A stretch of DNA of 64,000 nucleotides from Octopus sinensis. Its lineage: Eukaryota. The stretch is from assembly GCF_006345805.1 (NCBI RefSeq), contig NC_043004.1, positions 16,430,001 through 16,494,000 on the forward strand, written 5' to 3'. Under the pieces are notes generated by a model. It was not told the DNA's origin. It saw nothing but the letters and a program-made list of their open reading frames with translations, and made no database searches. Positions 54,740-64,000 of this stretch are shown piece by piece (the stretch's first letter is position 1; the number at the start of each line of letters is the position of its first letter). A program made the position numbers and the translations under genes.

Positions 54740-54849
54740 AAGGTTTTTTATAAAATTATTTTAGTATTTTCTATTTTGACATTTTTTCCATATACTTCAA
54801 CTCGTGTGTTCCTTTTCATCTTTCTACATATATATATTTACAAATGATT

Positions 54850-55030
54850 TAAATGTACAAGGTACAAAGACACGTGAGGGAACAACAAGTAGGTGAATTA
54901 GCCAGACGCTCAAGAAGAATTGGAAACCCTATGACATTTCGAGCATACGCTCTTCGACGGCAAAGTATGAGAGGAAAACGATGGAGAGAGACGCAAACCA
55001 GAGAGAAAAAAAATGTGTCGGAATTAACGG

Positions 55031-55031
<1 letters not shown>
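54850..55031 (-). mobile_element. Pseudo-LTR-like fragment with degenerate HHR-like motif
   Basis: Minus strand CCGTCGA-AGAGC-GTAT-GCTC-GAAATGTC; ends in (TA)n. Confidence 0.45.
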
Positions 55032-55076
<45 letters not shown>

Positions 55077-55711
55077 TCACTTACAAAGTTCTATTCAATG
55101 AATATCAAAGTGTTACATATGATGTTTCATGTAGAACATAAATGTTAGCTTTCTTTTCATTCGTTTTATAGATTCTGAATTGTTTAACATCATCTTCATT
55201 TTCGTCGTCGTCGTCATAATCCCCGTCATAGTGTCGCCGCTGTTATTATTGATGTTGCTGTCAATGTCCTTGTTTTTGATTTTCTATAATTATTTTATTT
55301 CATTTACTATTCCCCACCTAGCCTAAGAACTCTTTCAAAAAAAAAAATGATTAGATTCTTCGTCTTTAAAAAAAATATCTTATTTTCGAATTATTTTCTC
55401 CTTTCGTTACAAGGTGAGAGGTTGATTTCAATGTGTCATCTAAACACTATTCAGATATTTACTTTGTCTTTCACAAAACAATGTCTAACATACTGGCGTT
55501 TATTTTACCGGATATTGATGATTAATCACTCTTAACTATATTAAAAATATAAACATTCTAATGAGTGGGATTGAATTAAATTTCTCTATTTTTATGAAAA
55601 TGGGAAATAATCTAAATACCAAAACCGAGAAGTTTGTGTATGTGATGGGCTTCGATATCAGTTATAATCGTTATATTAACACAAAAATTACTAATTGTCA
55701 TACTTATATCA

Positions 55712-56031
55712 GTGGAGGCGCAATGGTCCAGTGCTTAGGGCAGTGGACTCGCGATCGGAGGATCGCGGTTTCGATTTCTAGACCGGGCGTTGTGTTTGTT
55801 TATTAAGCGAAAATACCTAAAGGTCCACGATGCTCCGGCAGAGGGTGATGGTGACCCCTGTTATATCTTTCGCCCCAACTTTCTCTCACTTTTTCTTCCT
55901 ATTTCTTAGGAAACGCTGCGATGGACTGGTGTCCGGTCCAGCTGGTGGGGGGAACACTATGCCACAGAAACCGGGAAACCGGGCCCGTCAGCCTGGCTAG
56001 GCTCGAAAAGGGCGCAAGAGAAGAAGAAGAG
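55712..56031 (+). mobile_element. tRNA-derived SINE, body type B with tail type 2
   Basis: A/B boxes, (GAA)n tail, TSD ATACTTAYATCA at 55700-55711 / 56032-56043. Confidence 0.9.
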
Positions 56032-56264
56032 ATACTTACATCAACCAGCTCAAAAGGATTTCTTTTGATAGAAGGTGCAAAGAATATCATTTCTATACGA
56101 TTCTCAAACATACTACTGTGTAGGAGGCACAGATGTATGAGTATTATTTTAGAGGATTATGATGGAATAGTAGCATATGAAAGAGGAGTTTTGATGTAAA
56201 CTGTTCACGAAACCCTATCAGATTTATACAAGTTATCAAATATATAAAAACTATATAAAAAGTT

Positions 56265-56625
56265 GCAGGTATGGCTATGTGGTAAGAAGGTTGCTTCCAA
56301 AATACAAATTCGTCCCCACGACGTGATACTTGAGCAGATACCTTTTAAAACAGCCTTGGGCCAAGCGAAACTTTGTGGGTAAATTTGATAGACGATAACT
56401 GAAAGGGAGCTGTTGTATGTGTTTTTGTCGTAGTTGCGCAATCGATTGACAACCATTGTCGGTTTGTTTACATCCCTGTAATTAAGCACTTCTGCAGAAA
56501 ATAACCATGGGATATAATCGACTTCAAAACAAGTACTGGGATCGACTTGTTCAAGTAAAACTCTTTAACGTGGTGCCCTAATATGGTGGCAGTTCAATGA
56601 CTGAAAGACGTAGAAAGTAAAAGAA
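56265..56625 (+). mobile_element. Diverged full-length SINE family A
   Basis: Head GCAGGTATGGCTATGTGGTAAG and tail ..CAATGACTGAAAG..GTAAAAGA; colinear with the 30063 and 5003 copies. Confidence 0.7.
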
Positions 56626-57660
56626 AAATATATTTTTAAATTACATCCTGTAGTGGACAGACAAACATTTTTACTCACTCCATATCACCTGTCTACTGAA
56701 CAGAAAATAATGTGACCAGTCTAAATTTAGATACAAATATTATTTATACAGCAGATGAATATATGTTTCCTTTAATATTTGATGGCTATGTTTTATGAAA
56801 CGTCTGGAAGTTGTTGAAATTGCCACATCATAAGTTATCTCGTTCAATAATTAATTAGACAATTGCATGGAATGTAGTTTTCTATGTCTGTAGAACATGT
56901 CCTAAAGTAAAAAAAGATGCTTCATTCTCAACCACGATGTTCCGGTTTCGATTCATCTGTGTGGTATATTCAACGAATTTGGATTTCTCTAGCATAGATT
57001 TGATTGTAAAGGAAATTGCATTGACAATAACTGTATAAAAAGCCCGCCGATTGCTGGAACATGCAAGTCTAAGGTTCAGGTATGTTATCTCGTTCTATGT
57101 GGCAATAACCTGAATAATACATTAATACTTAGCCTATTACTTGATGATTTAATGAGCCTGTTAATTTAGGTGATTGAGCAACTGAATACTCCTGATTAGA
57201 ATTTGTGCCCATGATAATTTCAATCCTACCCTTGATAATACTTACTGTGAGAGTTGTATTATTTATGGACTCTCAGTACATGTCGCTGGTGTGGCTTTAA
57301 TTTAATCTTAATCTGTTCATATTTTTCATATTCGTGTGTTTCGTTCGTTTACTTTTTAAAGAGATTGCTACTTGCGATGACTGAGAAATAAAGTGAAACC
57401 TTTTGATGTATGCATGCTATTGGGTTTTATAGACTTTTTCTCTCGCTTCTTAAAACTAAAACCTTGAGAGTTACATCGAAACCGTCACAGCAGTCGCTGT
57501 GGTTAACAAGTTCGATTTGCAACCTCGCGTTTTCGGGTTCAGTTAACTATGTATTACTTTGAGATACTGTCTTCTGGTATAGACACCTGGCTAACCAATG
57601 CCTTGTGAATGAACTTGGCAGACAGATTACGAGTCAAAGCCTGTCCTATATACATGTATA

Positions 57661-57698
<38 letters not shown>

Positions 57699-57716
57699 CA
57701 TTTATGATTATAGTAT

Positions 57717-57830
57717 TCTACGCTGAAGAGAAAAGAAGTTTCGGTAAGATAGAATTATTTATTATTTAATATTTAATATCTAATTCTTATGCTTTCCTTA
57801 AAACTTGATTTCGAAACGTACGTCCGTGGA
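57717..57830 (+). ncRNA. Type-I minimal hammerhead ribozyme with canonical core
   Basis: Stem I TCTACG/CGTGGA; CTGAAGA at 57723-57729; long stem II (GAAA..AAGTT..AGAATTA / TAATTCT..AACTT..TTTC); GAAA at 57813-57816; C-GTAC-G; GTC triplet with predicted cut after 57824. Confidence 0.8.
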
Positions 57831-58016
57831 TAACTAAAAAAATGTATGATAGATTGCAGTCAATTCATTCTCTCTTACCTGTTTGTGTCTGCCTTCCAAA
57901 TGCTGTTTTTACTGAGATCTCCCTTTTTAGTAGAAGAAATAGCTATAACCCTTTGACTGCTATTTCTAAATTCGGTATGTGGTAAGGCAACTCGTTGCTA
58001 AACCCTTATTGCTTAG

Positions 58017-58094
<78 letters not shown>

Positions 58095-58127
58095 ATATGT
58101 ATATATATATATATATAATATATATAT

Positions 58128-58178
<51 letters not shown>

Positions 58179-58187
<9 letters not shown>

Positions 58188-58405
58188 ATATGTTACAATT
58201 ATACAATAGTCAAGATAAAACTCTGAGTTTCGGATGCCGAAGTGGCAATCCACAACACCATCTCTTCGGTTATCTGGCCATCTCTTTTTTTTATCATTGG
58301 AGATAGCCAGATAACCGAAGAGATGGTGTTGTGGATTGCCACTTCGGCATCCGAAACTCAGAGTTTTTTCTTGACTATTATATAATTGTAACATATTATT
58401 TTATA
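58179..58405. mobile_element. Palindromic dimer of the pseudo-LTR of the PLE at 44435-45342
   Basis: ~106 bp arms 58179-58284 / 58300-58405 with few mismatches. Each arm carries AGATAA-CCGAAGA-GATG..CATC-C-GAAAC-TCAGA-GTT-TTWTCT. Confidence 0.85.
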
Positions 58406-58407
58406 GA

Positions 58408-58797
58408 GGAGGCGCAATGGCCCAGTGGTTAGGGCAGCGGGCTCGCGGTCGTAGGAACGCGGTTTCGATTCCCAGACCGGGCGTTGTGAGTGTTTATTGA
58501 GCGAAAACACCTAAAGCTCCACGAGGCTCCGGCAGGGATGGTGGTGATCTCTGCTGTACTCTTTCACCACAACTTTCTCTCACTCTTACTTCCTGTTTCT
58601 GTTGTACCTGTATTTCAAAGGGCCGGTCTTGTCACTCTCTGTGTCACGCTGAATATCCCCGAGAACTACGTTAAGGGTACACGTGTCTGTGGAGTGCTCA
58701 GTCACTTACACGTTAATTTCACGAGCAGGCTGTTCCGTTGATCGGATCAACCGGAACCCTCGTCGTCGTAACCGATGGAGTGCTTCCATTCCATTCC
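58408..58797 (+). mobile_element. Full-length tRNA-derived SINE, body type B with tail type 1
   Basis: A-box TGGCCCAGTGG, B-box GGTTTCGATTCCC, (TTCCA)n tail, perfect TSD ATTTTATAGA at 58398-58407 / 58798-58807. Confidence 0.92.
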
Positions 58798-59239
58798 ATT
58801 TTATAGATAAATTTCCTCTATTTACATAATATTGAGATTTTCTTTCTTTCTATTGTTATCTTACCGTTTTTACCAATATATAACTATATACATATATAAG
58901 AGGGATGACCACTATGAACATCCATTGTGCTAGAGGTAGATCCCATATGGTCTGACCACTATGAAAAGATTATTCTCAAGAAAATTCAGCAAGTGCCAGA
59001 ACGTAAACGAGCAAGACAAATGGAAACATACAAAATATAAAGATTAATCACAAACCCGCTTTCATTGTTACCACCCACGTAATACTTATGTAAATGTCCG
59101 CAATTTATCAGAGTGATCGTCCTAGCAAAATATAATTTGCAGAACCATACACGAGACGTCCGCATTATATATCTTTCTATTATAGATAGATAGATGTGTG
59201 TGTGTATATATATATATTTGTGTGTGTATGTGTCTTTAT

Positions 59240-59445
59240 GTTTTCCCCTTCCACCTTTTAGCAACTGTTGTTGACTTATCTACATCCCTGTAACATACAG
59301 GTAGCGGTTCGGTAAATGTGATCGATAGAAGAGGCCAGGATTACAAAAGATAACTATTGGGATCGATTTCTCTATCAAAACCCCTCCAAGGCTGTACCCC
59401 ATCATGGCCGTTTTCTAATGACTGAAACATGTAAAAGTTGAAAGA
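59240..59445 (+). mobile_element. SINE family A, 3' half, diverged
   Basis: TACATCCCTGTAAC..AGCGGTTCGG..GGATCGATTT..CATGGCCG..AATGACTGAAACATGTAAAAG. Confidence 0.65.
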
Positions 59446-60499
59446 AGATTAAACCGTGATGTGACTTGTATCTTCAAAGTAACCAAATAACGTATATATT
59501 AGTTCATTGTACAGTCTCGCTGTAAGTGAATTAAAATACCGACAGGAAATAAATTAAATTCACACATATAGAATGAGGCAAAGACAATTAGTTTTGTTTT
59601 GTTCAGTACCGTAATAGCGATTGGAAAATATTTTTGTACATCACTGTAACTGTAAAACAAACAACTCTATTTAGAAGAATTTATCAAAATACAATTTTGA
59701 AGAAAACATTCAGAACTTCAGAAATAGTGAAACATTTTATGTTTTGTTATTTTGTGGGCAAATAAAAGTGATGTTTTTACATCGGAACAAAAGAACGTCT
59801 GTCCTCCATGATACTGAAATATAAAGTAGGAATAAATGTGTATTTGTTTATATATGCGTGTATGTGTCAGTGTGTGTGTGAGAGAGGGAGAGAGTGTGTG
59901 TGTCTATGTGTGTGTGTAATAGCGTGTAGTATGTTTTGCTTAAAACACAGACTAATCACGTCTGCGCTATTTGTGTTAAAATATTTTCGTTATTAGTCTT
60001 CCCATTATTGTTATTTATTTATTATTGCTTTTATTTTTGTATACGACACTGTAGATCGATAAAGTAATTAACACAAACATATCTCTAATAATTATATTGA
60101 AATAACCACAATCCGGTAAAAAAATATTGTTGTATTTACATAAAAAATTATTTTATTACTAAATATAAAATATCACACTTAAAAGATATTTGCTTCGTTC
60201 TCATCTTCCATGTCGGTCTCTAACATTTGAAGTTTTATGTATGAATGTGTGTTCGTGTGAATGTGTATTTGTGTGCGCGTCATTGAGTGTGTGTGTTTGT
60301 GTGTGCTACTGGTGTGTGCCTATATGCTTGGATATTCCTAAAATTAAATCAGCAATCACAATCACAAACATATATTGTTCGTCCTCAAGTATTTCTCCTG
60401 TTGTGTTTACTGTTACAGTTATGCTCTATGTGATATAGAAGACCTCTCTATTTAGAACTGCTTGGCATATCACGAAGCTATGTTCAATGCCGCTTCCGA

Positions 60500-61170
60500 A
60501 CATAGGTAGCTTTGAAGATGTTCGCTCTGATGCAAAAATCCGAAATAATTATCCTCAGAATGTTAACCTGTCCTCAAGGCGCATTGATTCTCGTTTCATT
60601 TCGGTAGAGATCACAGCAGGTAAATGCTGCTGAATAATATATTCTTGCATTTAGATATATATTTGACTCCACACATAACATATGTGGCTAGTACATTAGA
60701 CACATATGCTATCGCTATCTCTGACACAAAAGCGCCACCCATTTCTACACGGTTCATTTCTGTCAAACAGCTTACATTTTATACTGATGACCTATTCAAA
60801 AATGTGACACCCGTACGTTTCAACCGCCTATTTTGTCATTTTTTAAACATATCTGGACTTAAATGGGAAAGACTTCGAAATAATCTGGCCTAAATTTTTC
60901 CACGCACTGACAACTAACTGCATCGTCTTCTCCTACGGTTCTTAGAGCTGCAACCATATACAAATCTTCTATTTGCAACATTTACAGATGCAGTGCGCTT
61001 TCATTTATATCTACATGCATTCTTCACAGAAAAAAATACTCGAAAGAGACCTGGCATCTTTTTCAGACATCCAGAAGCACCGTCCACCAAAGAAACCGAG
61101 CATATCGAGTGGTCCGACCAATGTGTTTATGAAGTAACCTTCCTTATATATCTTTATGTGCAATCCCCTG
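60500..61170 (+). mobile_element. Very decayed RTE-like LINE fragment
   Basis: Scattered motifs YVAS (YLGS), ERLR..W, FSYGS*S (LLYGSES), RFHL, IEWSD (LRWSG) appear in the expected order; weak. Confidence 0.3.
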
Positions 61171-61180
61171 CTTCTAAGTA

Positions 61181-61360
61181 TCTGCAACCTGTTTCGAAAG
61201 CTGTTTGTCAAAAACAGGTTTTGTGATACACACACTATACCGCTAAGCATATTTACGGACTTAGTTCATTATTGCTCAAGGGTAGTAAATATGCTTAGCG
61301 GTATAGTGTTTGTATCACAAAACCTGTTTTTGACAAACAGCTCTCGAAACAGGTTGCAGA
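61181..61360. repeat. Near-perfect palindrome: 76 bp arms, 28 bp spacer
   Basis: 61181-61256 vs 61285-61360, two mismatches by eye. Confidence 0.9.
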
Positions 61361-61401
61361 AAATAAGACAGGTAGTCTAAAAGTATAAAAGACAGGTTGT
61401 A

Positions 61402-61662
61402 CGGAAAATAAGACAAGGTAGTATAAAATGCTAAAATGTTATCAAGGTGTACATTTCGTAACGGTTTATACCGGTTTATGCCTTTTTTTACTTTTTCAAC
61501 TAAGTGTAGCCGTAATAGCGGCTGTCCGTGAAATCTACTTTAATACCCACATTTTTTTAACCTTAGTTGCAAAAGTCAAAAAGACTGAAGCCAGTAATAA
61601 ACGTTTCAAAATGTATTTCATGATAAAATTGTTTTAGCATTTTTTACCTTGTCTTATTTTCC
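61402..61662. mobile_element. Older fold-back dimer of the repeat family seen at 54700-54795
   Basis: GGAAAATAAGACAAGGTA..AAAATGCTAAAA / TTTTAGCATTTT..TACCTTGTCTTATTTTCC. The inner arms carry TTAGTTGMAAAAGT..-type HHR-like motifs. Confidence 0.65.
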
Positions 61663-63512
61663 TTATACATATCAACATATGTGTCACTTTTCAATATTCT
61701 AACTATCTATCTATCTATTGATCGATCTAACTATCTATCTATCTATATCCATGTGTGTGTGTGTGTGTGTGTACATACATAATACATGCATACATACACT
61801 TGTGCACATATATGCTTGCATACGTACAGATTTTTCATTGTAGTTGAAATAAGAGCATATTTTGTAATAAACCAACGCGTATCATTGGCCGCATAATCAT
61901 GTGATAAATGTACATAATAACTTTTCAAATACACAGACGCTGTAATCGTTAGTTGCTGACTCGCATAAAATTCTCTTTTTCTTTTTCTTTTTCTTTTTAC
62001 GTTGAAGCAATTAATCAAAAATAATTTTTATTGCCACATACTGACATGAATTTATTCCGTTCAAACGTGTCTAGTCAAATGATTTTGAACTCATATCGTT
62101 ATGTTATACATCACATAAGATAACGATTCAACAGCTAAAATATAGCTCTCCAATATTATTGATTCGTTTTAAATAATAGATGTTCTATCTTGAACAAGTT
62201 AGGTTAGCAGTGAAAGAAACACGTTCCTTCCTACTAGACTATAGACATCAAAAGGCAACGACTTGGCAAAATGATGACCATTAATTTCATGTCTGACTTA
62301 TCTCCTCACCAGCCAGAAATATTATTCCAATCAGTATTATACATTCAACAATAATTACGTTTGAAGACGATCCTTTATTTGATGGAGAGAAGCCAATAAA
62401 TCGGTCTGCGCGAGACATAACATCGTGTCATTTCATACAGCTTTGTTCCTAATAAGCAAACATCTTCACAGAATCGACCACATTTGCCATATCTTAATAT
62501 TTTTATTTGACCTACTAAAATGCTCTCCTAATTTCGTAATCAAAGCTATTTTCTACTGAAGTGTCCATCACGAATACCATATCAAATATCGTATTTTATT
62601 TCCGCTCTCTACCAGTCTATATTTATATTTCTGTCTCTTTCGCCACTTTATTTTATCCTTCTGCTTATGTCTAACACACTCATTTTTCCTTTCTTTCTCT
62701 CCCTCCCCTCTCTCTCTCTCTCTCTTTATATATATATAATGTGTGAATGCATACACATACATAAATACAGATGCATATCTGTGAGTGTGCATATGTGTGC
62801 GCGAGTATGCGTGTGTGTGCTTGTGTGTGTGCGTGTGCGTTTATGCATGTTTGTGTGTATGTACATATGAGATTGTAATTTGTTTAAAAAATAGCGGAAT
62901 ATATAGAATATATAACAGACTTCTTTCCCTCTTATATTCACACTTCGGTAGCGTTAAGACGACAAGAGAGAACGACTTCGGTTATAAATTATATGAACTA
63001 TTTTACGCAAAGTGTGAGAACAAATCGTTTCATTCCTACTGCGTCTATAGAAGGCAGAATTGCTGTTAGACAACTAAAACCATAGCAGCGCTTTTGCGTT
63101 TCCAACATGAGTGGTAATGAAAATCTAGGGGTGTATAATTTGAGAAGAAAGGGCTCTGCTTAGTGATTAGTGCTGCATTTGGGAGTTTGGAGAATATAAG
63201 AATAAGTTTCGAAAGGATGAGTGGTGGGTGTATGATTTCAAGTAGCTCGGAAGAGCAGAGCCATTATAGTTATGATAGAATGGACAACGAGACGAATGGG
63301 CTCTCTATGAGACGAAAACTATCTCTATGTGTGTGAATGTAATATAATATGACATTAAGGATTCATCGGTTAGACTGTTACAGAATGCGGTCTAAGATGA
63401 TTAAGTACACAACAGAAACGTTCCAAGTGACCAAACAATAATACAATTTACACCACACCAGATATTTATATTGTTCCAAGAATCGTTGGCAAAAGGTACA
63501 TACTCTTGCCTG

Positions 63513-63627
<115 letters not shown>

Positions 63628-64000
63628 AATTAGAAAAAAAAAACTCACCTTTTATCAATTCAAAATGAACAATTAAAATAACACCATCTAGAAAATTACA
63701 AATAATAGATATATTAAAAATAAAATAACAATAATATACCGATGATTAAGTAAATTGCAAAATAACTGTGCCGAGTTAGAACTTCCCATCGTGACATCAA
63801 AACTGTCAGGCGTATCTTCACGGAACCATAGCTTATCTTCAAATTTAATGATGGATTATAGTGCTGTTGACACCGTCGGATTCAATGGTATAGCCCAGGT
63901 GCCGAAACCATAATGATACCTATGGGGCAGCTGATAACTGAAGTATGATGGATTGTTGGTATGGCTGTTTTTGTATATGTGGATTAGTATTATAATGCCT

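Noticed and set aside
56993-57079. Cys-rich 87 nt exon-like frame with a strong donor
   Set aside because: It overlaps a decayed family-A SINE head (~56915-57050), so the frame is probably incidental.
58408-58480. tRNA gene (also at 55712, 53170 and 51588)
   Set aside because: The heads continue into SINE bodies with tails and TSDs; these are SINEs, not tRNA genes.

Overview
AT-rich eukaryotic genomic DNA, intergenic or deep-intronic. The SINE families and the density of (TA)n, (CA)n, (GATA)n and (AAT)n tracts suggest an octopus (coleoid cephalopod) genome; this is an inference. I recognise no host protein-coding gene, and most listed ORFs are microsatellite artefacts. The window is a transposon landscape. 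It holds three distinct Penelope-like retroelements (PLEs): a near-complete 4 kb copy with inverted terminal pseudo-LTRs, a GIY-YIG 3' fragment and a decayed Neptune-type copy. It also has Tc1 and mariner relics, RTE LINE fragments, a Helentron-type non-autonomous element and many tRNA-derived SINEs. The main unexplained structure is a set of small non-coding elements embedded in (TA)n tracts. They are palindromic (fold-back) or partial-tandem and carry hammerhead-ribozyme (HHR) motifs from several unrelated families. These include one fully canonical minimal HHR (57717-57830) and variants whose core 3-8 pair appears to co-vary (C-G, U-A, A-U). All alignments and folds were done by eye, and boundaries of decayed elements are approximate.
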